Shown here: positions 30,975 to 41,198 of the stretch, piece after piece
Layout of the letters: each line of letters starts with the position of its first letter
How positions within the stretch are numbered: position 1 is the first letter of the stretch
Origin: Cyanophora paradoxa CCMP329
Lineage: Eukaryota; Plantae; Glaucophyta
Direction of reading: 5' to 3'
Length of the DNA stretch: 64,000 nt
Assembly (NCBI GenBank): GCA_004431415.1
Contig: QPMI01000472.1
Span: 186,001 to 250,000 of the forward strand
The notes under the pieces: model-generated
What the model was told of the DNA's origin: nothing
Databases searched by the model: none
What the model saw: only the letters and a program-made list of their open reading frames with translations
Made by a program: the position numbers and the translations under genes

Positions 30975-33900
30975 ATGACTGAACCCATAGTAGAAACGAC
31001 AATAAAGAATGCTGTCTTGGATAATCAATTTTATATAACCCATGCCAATATACCCAGTGAATCCAATGACCTGATAGTAGATCTAAAAGGGTATGTGATG
31101 GGAGCTATGGCTTCCAACCTGTGGAATGACATTTTTGGTTACGAGTTTGGTCACATATATGACATAGCAAATGGGATTGGCTATGTGGATGCAATGGCGG
31201 GAACAGTCTTTCGAAATCTAAATTGCAACTGTGTGGGTGGGTGGATGTTTCAGATCTGTTCAAACGTCGATCCTACTATTGATCCAGCTACTGTGACCTT
31301 TGATTGCAATCTATTCGCCCCTAAAACCATTTTCTCCATCACTTGCAATCTCGTTAATTCGGATGTGCCCATAATAGCACCTGTAATAGGTGCATCAAAT
31401 ATGTATATTCAAAGAAACCCGGTCGTGCATACAGGCGCCGAATTTATATTAGGCGACAACACCCCAATTAGTCGAATCGAACTACCCAATTCTCACAAGC
31501 ATTTGTGGGAACATATCACCAATGCCCCATTAACCTATCCACCCAGTTCTCACGAGCATTTGTGGGAGCATATCACCAATCGACCATTAACCTTCCCACC
31601 TGATCCACACACTCATGATTATTTGTCTCTCAAAGGTGGTGTTATTTCATCTAATCTTACAATTTCATCAAACCTTACAGTTACAAGTAACATTTATGCC
31701 AGTAACATTTATGCCAGTAACATTTATGGCAGTAACCTATGGGCAAGTAATATTAATGGAAGTAATGTAATAGTCGATTATCTCACTGTGAAGATTGAAG
31801 CAAACCTACCAAATCATCCGACATCGAATGTTGTTTTAGATTGGTTAGCAAAGCAAAAACACACAAAAGCAGATATTACAGATTTTGCACACACTCACAC
31901 AAAAGATCAAATAACAGATTTCGCCCACACTCATTTATGGGAGCATATCACGAATCCGCCATCGACCTTCCCACCTGGAAAACACACACATGATTACTCA
32001 GAGATAACTAATAGTAACCACAGGCACCCATGGGAGGAAATAGATGAGAAACCACGTTTTGCATCGACAGGTGATTTAGTAAATGGTGACGGATTTTATG
32101 GGGTTAGTTTCTATCAGAGTGACACCATTCCTGAAAGATTACAATTAAGTGAATACTATTTACACCGAAAAGGAATTGAAGCAGGCACCACAATGGAAGG
32201 AGAGCTATATGTTAAACAACCCACAAGAACAACATTAGTAGCAGCTGGTGGCGATGCATTAATAGACACCAAACCAGGTATATTTTTAACAAGTTATTAT
32301 AATGCGGATATCCCAGTTACAGCAGGTTTACCACCGCTTCCATCTGATCCAGCAACTTATGATGACAAAGACGCCATTTTACAAGTGAATGTAACAGATG
32401 TAAGCGCAACTGATGGTTCACGTCCGAAAATTATATTTAGTCGCTCGAAATTCAATTACATCCCACTTGTGGGACAACCATACGATGATCACGGTAAATG
32501 TGAGATGGCGTGGATTAAAACGACATCAGGAGGCGCCTTAGAAGTCAATCAAAGAATGGCGGCGAAAAACTTACACAATACAACCCTTTCAGGTGTGGTA
32601 ACAGATGATTACCTCGAAAGCAAAAACTATGTAGATGATACAGAACTTGCAGCAATTCTTGAAGATTATGTAACAGATACCGAATTAACGTCGGCTCTTG
32701 GGAATTATTTACCTCTAACAGGTGGGACTCTTACAGGTGATGTGCATGCCCCGAATTTCTTTGTCGACACTCCACATGATCAAACATTTCCTGTTGTCCA
32801 CCTTGGTGCTGAATATGTTTTAGATCCAAACACCCCATTTAGTCGTCTTGAATTACCCAATGTTCACAAGCATTTTTGGGAGCATATTGTCAATCCCCCA
32901 TCGACCTATCCACCTGATTCACACGATCATGATTATTTACCACTAACAGGTGGAACAATTGCAGGTGATGTGCATGCTTCTAATTTCTTTGTTACTACTC
33001 CGAATGATCAAACATTTCCTGTTGTCCACCTTGGTGCTGAATATGTATTAGATCCAAACACTCCAATTAGTCGCATTGAATTACCCAATGTTCACAATGT
33101 TCGACCATTAACCTTCCCACCTGATCCACACACTCACACAAAGTCAGAGATTACAGATTTTTCACACACTCACACAAAGTCAGAAATAACAGATTTTGCC
33201 CATACCCACACAAAGTCTCAAATTACAGACTTCCCGACATTTGCGACTGTGGCAACAACTGGAAACTATGATGATCTGATAAATACACCAACATACACTT
33301 CACCAACTGATTTTGACGCTACAAGTGGTATTTCCACAGACCGCACAGGAGATTGGAGAGATTATTTTGGGCAACCACTTGTAGGTGACACAAGCACTTG
33401 GGCAAACACATGGATTGATGGTGATGATGATTGTAGTAGCTGTAAGATGTATTGGACTGTTCCAACAGACATGAAATCATGTTATATCTATTATACGTGT
33501 CAGTATGACAGTAGATACTTTGATGTTGTTGGAATTGAACCATCAAACAATACTTATACTCGTTTACGAGTAAATGCCTATGCTCCTGGAATTAATCCTG
33601 TAAGAGATTTTAAACAGTTTGTTGCAATAAATTGTGAAGGACTTGTTAAAGTTGGTGTTCATGGACAAATAGGAAGAATTTATCTTCCAGGTCCGATTAC
33701 TGTTGGTTGGAGCAAAAACCCGCTATATCGTCACACAGTGGTTTCCTCCATTGGAATAATATATACGGGAAGCCAACAGCTTCTACGACTGTCGGTCCTC
33801 ACTCTCATTTTAAAGCAGATATCACAGATTTCGCACATAGTCACACAAAGGCAAATATAACAGACTTCGCCCATACTCACACAAAATCGGAAATCACGGA

Positions 33901-34449
33901 TTTTCCAACCTTAGACCCATTTGTAGCGAACACGATCACAGCAAATAATACCATGTATGTGGGATCCGGTCAAATTTACCAACCAGATGCACCACTTTAT
34001 TTAGAACAATGGTTTTTCCACAATTCCGCAAATATATACGATAAAACGTTATTATGTCGGGGAAATGCTTACGCAAGAGCATATTATGCAATGGATGAAA
34101 CAGATAATACAAAGATCGCAAAACTTGTTTCAGAACAGCGTGTCAATAAAGACCAGTATATACAAACAGGGAAATTCTCAAAATCTTTGACAATCACAGG
34201 TCCGGGTCATTGGGGATTTCCACAGGTTGTCACATTCCCGAAAGCATTTGCGGAAGCCCAGAAGTGGTTCTCAATCTGATACAAGGATATAATGGTGGTT
34301 CATATGTATTGGTATATGGTGTCACAAGTTCCACAACAACAACATTTACTATTCATGCAACAATTTCGGCAAATAGAGAATACAATGAAAGCATTGGACT
34401 TTTCCACTATCAAATGAGTTATATAGCAACAGGGAAGATGGTAGCATAA
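30975..34449 (+). CDS. Phage tail fibre-like protein with HxH repeats (frameshifts near 33716 and 34252)
   Basis: Repeats HTHTKxxITDF, HLWEHITNxPxTFPP, YLPLTGGTLTG, ATVATTGNYDDL; three ORF pieces rejoin with one extra base in homopolymer runs. Confidence 0.78.
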
Positions 34450-34504
34450 TATTCTCACGTAATAATAATAATATTCTCACGTAATAATAAAGAATAATCA
34501 AAAG

Positions 34505-35503
34505 ATGTCGACTGTGTTTACCCCTGTGTTTTCCTTATCAGCCAGTGCTGTCCACAACGTGCAACACACTGTATATGATCTAAGCGAGTCATTCCCTTCG
34601 ACTGAGACAGCGAAAACCGATTCTTTCAATGAGACCTCCATACTCAGAGTCAAAGAACTCAGAGCCGACAAGGCTGGTGGAATCGTCAAAGCTACTCAAA
34701 TGATCGTATCGAATCGACCCGCAATATCTTCGGGGCTGGTCACCAAAGATAATCTATATGAAGGTCAAGCGGATTATAAAACAGCTTTTAATCCGGCTGA
34801 TAGGAAATCAGCGGCTTTTCAAGTAGTTAGTGGCGGGGCATGGATCGGGACTGGACTGAGTGTGAATGGAGCAATTACAGCGACTTCCTATGGGGCTGTG
34901 AGTGCAACCACTGGTGGGTTTACTGGATTACTCACAGCAAGTGGTGGAGTGAAAACAAACTCGATTGAAGCTGTGGGTGCAAGCGATAATATTGCACTGA
35001 AAAGGAATGGAGCCACAATAGCTACTGTTGCCTCAAACGGGATCTCTCTGCCCCAAAACATGTATTTGATTGCGCCAAATAATTGTCGGTTTAAAGCTTA
35101 TGCAAATCAGACCAATCAGACATGTTCAAACTCATGGGCATTTATTAATATATTTGGTGCAACACATGAAAATGTGGGAAATAACTACAATACAACTGGG
35201 AAATATTTTGTAGCTCCTGTCTCGGGAGTGTATATTTTCACATTGGGTATCACGAAAATTTCCGGAACAGTTAGTAAAGTATTGACCTTTTACAGCACTT
35301 CACACACTACAATATCAGGAAGTTTAACTGGAAACTATTTACATGGTGGTATTGATCCTGTTGCATTTAACAGCACAGTATTTATGAAGGTTGATGCGAA
35401 TACAACAGTTGCGCCTTGGATATACGTGTATGAGGGAAGTATGGTAATAACTGGGAACGATCCTGCGGTTATCTTTCAAGGTGCTCTACTTTATGCTGTT
35501 TAA
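34505..35503 (+). CDS. Fibre/receptor-binding protein with C-terminal C1q-like domain
   Basis: NVGNNYNTTGKYFVAPVSGVYIF...FQGALL; N-terminal domain shared with 44467-45294. Confidence 0.8.
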   Translation: MSTVFTPVFSLSASAVHNVQHTVYDLSESFPSTETAKTDSFNETSILRVKELRADKAGGIVKATQMIVSNRPAISSGLVTKDNLYEGQADYKTAFNPADRKSAAFQVVSGGAWIGTGLSVNGAITATSYGAVSATTGGFTGLLTASGGVKTNSIEAVGASDNIALKRNGATIATVASNGISLPQNMYLIAPNNCRFKAYANQTNQTCSNSWAFINIFGATHENVGNNYNTTGKYFVAPVSGVYIFTLGITKISGTVSKVLTFYSTSHTTISGSLTGNYLHGGIDPVAFNSTVFMKVDANTTVAPWIYVYEGSMVITGNDPAVIFQGALLYAV

Positions 35504-35539
35504 GTGCATTTGCGAATTTTTTTATAATGCGTTATATAA

Positions 35540-35800
35540 ATGGCGACTATAACTATTACGTTAACTCAAACAGAACTCAATGCTATGGAGTATGCTGCTG
35601 CTTCGGCTCAGGAATGGATAGAAGTTGCTTTGAAAAATAGGGCGAGAATCGCGATTGATGAGATTGTGGACAAAGAAGTTAAATCGTGTATTGCCGCTGG
35701 AATTCCGATTCCACTCACAAAGGAAGCGATTGTAGAGCAAGCGTTTGCAAGGGGGACTGTTCGAAAGGCAAGCGAAATTACTGTGAGTGCTCCTATGTAA
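35540..35800 (+). CDS. Small phage-type protein (possible fibre chaperone)
   Basis: ITITLT...MEYAA...EW...NRARIAIDEIV...IP.TKEAIV..AF.RG resembles small genes following C1q fibres in aquatic phages (recalled, not searched). Confidence 0.55.
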   Translation: MATITITLTQTELNAMEYAAASAQEWIEVALKNRARIAIDEIVDKEVKSCIAAGIPIPLTKEAIVEQAFARGTVRKASEITVSAPM

Positions 35801-35866
35801 AGAATTCGAATTCGAAGAATGAGAGATGGGTTTATTGTTATTTTTCATAGATCATGCATAAGAAAG

Positions 35867-36442
35867 GCATGTATCTTGCATAGTGGGCGGGGCGCGAGTG
35901 GTTCCAGTGCATTAAATGGAACATTTCGATTGAAGTCGCGAGTGTGTGCAGGTGGGCATTTTCGGCATGCTTGCTCATGCACAAACTTGCTTTCGTTATT
36001 TTTCATTGCTTGCGATAAATCGATTAATCGTGTTCTATCGTCGTACTTTGTCGATTATCGTACTCTATCGGTGGGGTTCACCTTGATTTCGTATTTGATC
36101 CATCCGGATTAAGGCTATCGGTGGGGGTCACCTTGATTTTTCAATTTGGGTAACTGTAAACAGTCTGGAAACGATCGGGAACATTTCGTAAAAATAAGGG
36201 TCTTACTGTCCTTACTGAGAAATCGAGAGAGGGTTTTAGGGCTTACTGAGAATGGTAAGGAATTAGAAAAATGAAGAATGAAAGGGTTTCGTGATTGGTT
36301 TCAGTAAGGAGAGGTTAGATGTTTGAAAAATGTAGTGTGGCTCAGTGCGAATTTGTGATTTTGTGACTGAGATTCGTGATGCTGTAAATGTGCTTATTGA
36401 AAATGGTCGCGCGCAATTGGTGGGGGTGACCTGCATGCGAGC
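35867..36442 (-). repeat. Right TIR of element B (576 bp)
   Basis: Ends CCTGCATGCGAGC; reverse complement of 11117-11692. Confidence 0.95.
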
Positions 36443-36448
36443 AGAATA
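36443..36448 (+). repeat. Target site duplication AGAATA, right copy
   Basis: Matches 11111-11116. Confidence 0.95.
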
Positions 36449-38356
36449 GTCACTGGGGCAGATGTTCAGGAGTTTCGATTTGAGGGTCAGGATCCAATGG
36501 GAGGTCTGTTTGAATGCTTGGATTCCAAAGCAAGAGAGCTAATTGACTTCCTGTTTACCAATATTCCCATGAATGAACTCACAGATGAGCAAAAGGCTGT
36601 TTACAGGGCTACTAAACACTGTTACCTTTGCAGTGAGAGGTTCACTAAGGAAAACTTCAAATGCAGGGATCATGATCATCACACAGGTCATTACATTGCT
36701 CCTGCATGCAGAAACTGCAATCTCCATAGGAGAATCTCAAAGCAAACCAAAGTTGCAGTTGTTGTTGATCAAATGGATGACTGTGGGACATTCATTTTCA
36801 GAAAAATAGCAGGCATGGGTGATAAAAAGCGAATCGAAATCCTTTCGAAAAACTTTGATCAATACCTTTCATTGCAATGGGGTCTTTACAAGTTCATTGA
36901 TGCAAGCAATTTCATGGATTTCGGAGCTGCTGATGTGACTGAGTTAATGAACAAATTCCAGGCTTTTAGAAGGCTTTCACACTCAGTATATGGACTTGAC
37001 CCAGTTCATTATGTATCTGCACCTGGGCTATCTTGGGATGCTATGTTAAGGACCACCAAGGCAAAAATAGAGCTTATAAGTGATGTAGAGCAATACGAAT
37101 TTGTTGAGAGGGGAATCAGGGGTGGCTTTGCAACAATGCCTTGTAGGTATGCTGAGGCTGATGGTGAGAACTCCCATATTATGCTGTTTGATGCTAACAA
37201 CTTGTATGGCTACTGCTTGAGTCAGCCAATCCCAGTTGGTGATTTTAGATGGGAGACCGAATTCAACCCACAAGATAACAGATCCAGTTTCCTGGAAGTT
37301 GATCTGGAATACCCAATAAGGCTGTATCTAGATCACAGTGATTTCCCTCTAATTATTAACAAGAAAATAGTAGAATATGCAGAATTATCACAATATCAAA
37401 AAAGCCTATTGGATCTCTCAGGAGAAGAGCTTGATAAGACCCCTAAGCTAACTGCAACCTTTGGTTCTGTGACAAACTATGTGATTTCTCAGCCTCTTCT
37501 ACAGTATATCCTGACCAAAGGGGTGAAACTTAAAAAGGTTCACAGGGTCCTATCATTTACTGTGGCTCCTGTAATGAAACTCTACATTGAACTGAACACT
37601 GATATGAGAAGGAAAGCAGTGAATAAATTCGAGGCTGATTTCTATAAACTGATGAATAATTCAATCTATGGGAAATGCATTGAATCATGTAGAGGTAGAT
37701 CTGTGGTCAAGATTGCAAACACTGAGAAACTATTTATGAAATATGCTGCCTCTCCTTTAGTGAAATCAACAAGTCCCATAAGTGAAAGAGCAGTTGCCTT
37801 TGAGTTTTACACAAAACATGTGAAGCTAGATAAGCCAGTTGCTATTGGGGCTTATGTTTTGGATGCTGCCAAACTGCATAACTACAAGTTCTTCTATGAT
37901 ACTGTGAGGTCCCAATGGTCCAAAGCCAAGTTACTATTCCATGATACTGATTCCTTCTGTCTATATATCGAATCTAAGACCCTTGAAACAGATATAGAGA
38001 ATATATCCTATGCATTGGACCTTGGAGGTGATTCCAGAATGACCCCAGGTAAATACAAAAATGAGATGCCAGGTTCTGCTATATTGGAGTATGTGGGTCT
38101 GAGAGCCAAAGTTTACAGTTTCAGAACAGCTGAGATAGAGAGAAGTAAGCTTTCTGGGACTTCCACTGAGGAACTGCAATTCAATGATTTTAAGCAGTGT
38201 TTATTTGCAGGTATCAGCAAGACTGTGACTGCAAAGCAGAAAAGAAGGGCAGATCACACAATAATAGATACTGTGAGTAGAAGGGTTGCCCTAAACTGCT
38301 TTGATGCAAAGAGATACATCTTACCAGATGGTATTAATTCTGTTCCTTTTAATTAA
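36449..38356 (+). CDS. Protein-primed DNA polymerase B of element A, 3' half
   Basis: RDHDHHTG...CRNCN insert; YGLDP..YVSAPGLSWDAML; motif A DANNLYG, motif B KLMNNSIYGK, motif C HDTDS; GLRAKVYS. Confidence 0.93.
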   Translation, partial: VTGADVQEFRFEGQDPMGGLFECLDSKARELIDFLFTNIPMNELTDEQKAVYRATKHCYLCSERFTKENFKCRDHDHHTGHYIAPACRNCNLHRRISKQTKVAVVVDQMDDCGTFIFRKIAGMGDKKRIEILSKNFDQYLSLQWGLYKFIDASNFMDFGAADVTELMNKFQAFRRLSHSVYGLDPVHYVSAPGLSWDAMLRTTKAKIELISDVEQYEFVERGIRGGFATMPCRYAEADGENSHIMLFDANNLYGYCLSQPIPVGDFRWETEFNPQDNRSSFLEVDLEYPIRLYLDHSDFPLIINKKIVEYAELSQYQKSLLDLSGEELDKTPKLTATFGSVTNYVISQPLLQYILTKGVKLKKVHRVLSFTVAPVMKLYIELNTDMRRKAVNKFEADFYKLMNNSIYGKCIESCRGRSVVKIANTEKLFMKYAASPLVKSTSPISERAVAFEFYTKHVKLDKPVAIGAYVLDAAKLHNYKFFYDTVRSQWSKAKLLFHDTDSFCLYIESKTLETDIENISYALDLGGDSRMTPGKYKNEMPGSAILEYVGLRAKVYSFRTAEIERSKLSGTSTEELQFNDFKQCLFAGISKTVTAKQKRRADHTIIDTVSRRVALNCFDAKRYILPDGINSVPFN

Positions 38357-38359
38357 GAG

Positions 38360-39745
38360 ATGCCAGCAACTGGAAGAATAGTTAGGAGAACCACTGAGCA
38401 ACTGCAAGGTAACCTACTGCCTATCACAGTTCCAAAGGAGGAAAAAGGGGAATCTCGAATTGTTAAAAAGTCTGAAATGAAAGAGCTTGTCCCAGTAGAG
38501 ATCCCAGTTGCTATTGCAGTGAAAGAAACTAGCAAGATTGCCAAGAGATTCTATGATGTGAGAACTGGTTACAAAGGGCTTCAAGCTATGAGGGCTGAGT
38601 TACCAGATGAATCCTACAAGCAGTTGCAAGAGTTCTATAAAAAGCAAGAGGTAGTTCAGATCAATGCACCTGCTATATCTAGGAAGAGAGATCCCATGGT
38701 TCCAATAAGGCAACCCCTTGATACCTATGTGATTGATTTGCTCTTTTTCCCAGCTTATAAGAAACAAAACAATGGCTATGATACTTTTATGACTGCAATG
38801 GAATCTACACTGAGAACTGGGTATATCATACCTATAAGGGATAAATCAGCTCTCACTACATTAGCTGCATTTAAACAGCTTGAGATGAGAGTAGCAAGAC
38901 CCATAATAAAAGTTCAATCAGATGCTGGGAGTGAATTCCAAAATCGAATATTCCAGGAGTATTTATCTAGTAAATACATAGAACACCAAGTGAGTGGAAC
39001 TGCAGACCATAGGAGCCAAGGTCGAATTGAAGCCTTTAACAAGCAGATTAAGAGACTGATCACAAACTACTGCATAGCCAATAATACAGCTAGATTCTTT
39101 GATGTGTTAGGTGATATTGAGTATAATTACAATAATACAGTTCACTCAGCTACTAAGATGAAGCCAGGTGAAACTACAGAGGAGCATTATAGGTATATAG
39201 TGGGATTAGAAGATGAAAGATTCAAGAAATCAATAGCTTATCTTGATACCATGCAGCCTGGCATGTTTGTTAGAGTGAAAGTTGAGAAGAATCCCTTTGC
39301 TAAACAGGGTAACAATTGGTCTAGGATGGTTTACACTGTTGATAGTAGGGAAGGCTTTAAGTTTAAGCTAAGGAGTCCCACTGGAGAGATCATAGATAAC
39401 AGGTTTGCATTCCATGAGCTGTTGCCTGTGAATGCAGTTGAGTATCTGGAAACCCCTACAGTAGATGCCTTAGAGCAAGCCAAAGAGGAAGCTAGGGTTG
39501 ATGCTGCTATAAGAAGAGAGGGCATAGAAGCTTCTAATGAAGCCCCAGATAAGCCTTTAATAGAGGCTAGGAAGGAGAAGGCTGGGAAAGTTAACAGGGA
39601 ACTCAAAAAGCTCACTATAGCAGGCACACAGAAACTTTCAGAAGTGAATAGCCAGAGATGGTATAATGACTTTCAGACTACTAAGGAGTCATATACAGCC
39701 CCTAAACCTCAAAGAACACTAAGAGAAAGGACCAAAACTAGCTAG
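38360..39745 (+). CDS. Retroviral-like (rve) integrase of element A
   Basis: YVIDL, QSDAGSEF, GRIEAFNK with D(35)E spacing; YNNTVHSATKMKP. Confidence 0.93.
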   Translation: MPATGRIVRRTTEQLQGNLLPITVPKEEKGESRIVKKSEMKELVPVEIPVAIAVKETSKIAKRFYDVRTGYKGLQAMRAELPDESYKQLQEFYKKQEVVQINAPAISRKRDPMVPIRQPLDTYVIDLLFFPAYKKQNNGYDTFMTAMESTLRTGYIIPIRDKSALTTLAAFKQLEMRVARPIIKVQSDAGSEFQNRIFQEYLSSKYIEHQVSGTADHRSQGRIEAFNKQIKRLITNYCIANNTARFFDVLGDIEYNYNNTVHSATKMKPGETTEEHYRYIVGLEDERFKKSIAYLDTMQPGMFVRVKVEKNPFAKQGNNWSRMVYTVDSREGFKFKLRSPTGEIIDNRFAFHELLPVNAVEYLETPTVDALEQAKEEARVDAAIRREGIEASNEAPDKPLIEARKEKAGKVNRELKKLTIAGTQKLSEVNSQRWYNDFQTTKESYTAPKPQRTLRERTKTS

Positions 39746-40680
39746 TTTGCTAGGCGAAAACTCGTTTTTTCCAAATATATGTATGACTGATATACATATA
39801 TGCATATGATATACACATAGTCTTGAAGATCTTATCAAGCGCTTCACAGCGCTATGCAGAACGTTGCGTTTTGATGATCTGGTGATGAGATATAACAGTT
39901 TGAAGATGCGAAAGTCACTTGCCATAGTGGACTTGGTGAAACACTAGCCCAGGAATCGACTTGTCTGAGAACCGTTTTTGGCTCAGAGAATAGAGCGCTT
40001 GATTTCTGACTCAAAACTACGCGGTTCAAATCCGTTCGGGAACCTTTACTTCGTTCGCCGTGAAACTTGAAAAGTAAAAAAAAAACGCGGTTTTTTCTAG
40101 ATTAATGCTGTACCCGTCTAGAAAATCGATATTCACGTTTGCTACGATATCTCAACACCAACTTATCAAATCGATGCGCTTTAAACGTCATAAAATCGAG
40201 CATTTCAAGGCGGTCTGAGCGCTTATCAGCCATATCGACATTTCGATAACCCTGACTCGAAATCGCGATGAAACCGATTTTGAATTTTGATTTTAAATTC
40301 GATTAAAATGCATTAAACGTGAGTTTTTAATATAGATCACCAGGAAGTTATCAAATCGATGCACTGGCGGTAAAATATAATGACATATATCATACATAAC
40401 AATAACTTGCAATCACATATACGAATCTCGATGTGTATACATCGCTATTACGATTAAAGCGAGTTTTGAAATTCAAAATAATTCGATTAAATTCGATTAT
40501 AACTCAAAAATCGCGAGTTTTAACCATATACTTATCAATTCGATCAACGTATGATATCTTATATTCCGCTATATTGTATTGCTTCGATAAACGTGATCAC
40601 ATATATGAAAACATCAATCTAACATTGCATTTAGTAAGCATCTCCCCTAGATTCCCCCTATTATATAATATTTATATTAA

Positions 40681-41198
40681 AGTGGACTCAAGGTTGACTC
40701 ATATTAATCGTAAAAGTAGTAATAGTATATGGATTTTGTTACGAATTCAATGCAAGGGTTGACTAAGTGGGTTGAGTTGACTCAAATTTCACAGGAAATA
40801 TTTGGGACCAAAAGTTTTCTAAAAAGGATTTCAAAAAATGTGTCAACTCCCCCCACTTAGTCAACCCTGACCATAAACAGTAAGGATTTGAGCTAACATG
40901 TATCACAAAGTGAACATTTTGAGTCCACTTAGAAGATCCACCTAACAGTTTAGAGTCAAATTTACTTGGGAATTCGATTTGTATAAAAAAGTGAGTCCAC
41001 CCTGACCATATTCAATAAGCATTCCTCTTAATCCCCTTGTTTATATTTACATTGATAAATATTTAATACTAAGTGGACTCAAGGTTGACTCATATTAATC
41101 GATAGTATATGGATTTTGTTACGAATTCAATGCAAGGGTTGACTAAGTGGGTTGAGTTGACTCAAATTTCACAGGAAATATTTGGGACCAAAAGTTTT
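40681..41198. repeat. Subterminal direct repeat (about 130 bp, two copies, partial third at 43147) containing a 17-bp inverted repeat
   Basis: Units start near 40681 and 41071; AGGGTTGACTAAGTGGG (40755) pairs with CCCACTTAGTCAACCCT (ends 40868). Confidence 0.8.

Larger units (their letters stand above)
11117..36442 (-). mobile_element. Complete endogenous Polinton-like virus, element B (25,326 bp)
   Basis: 576-bp TIRs, 6-bp TSD, integrase, polymerase-helicase, ATPase, MCP, penton-like genes, lipase and fibres. Confidence 0.95.

Noticed and set aside
1060-34260. Programmed frameshifting or pseudogenisation in MCP, penton, patatin and fibre genes
   Set aside because: The breaks that could be localised are all repaired by adding one base to a short homopolymer, with no accompanying in-frame stops. 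This is typical of long-read consensus error and needs read-level checking.
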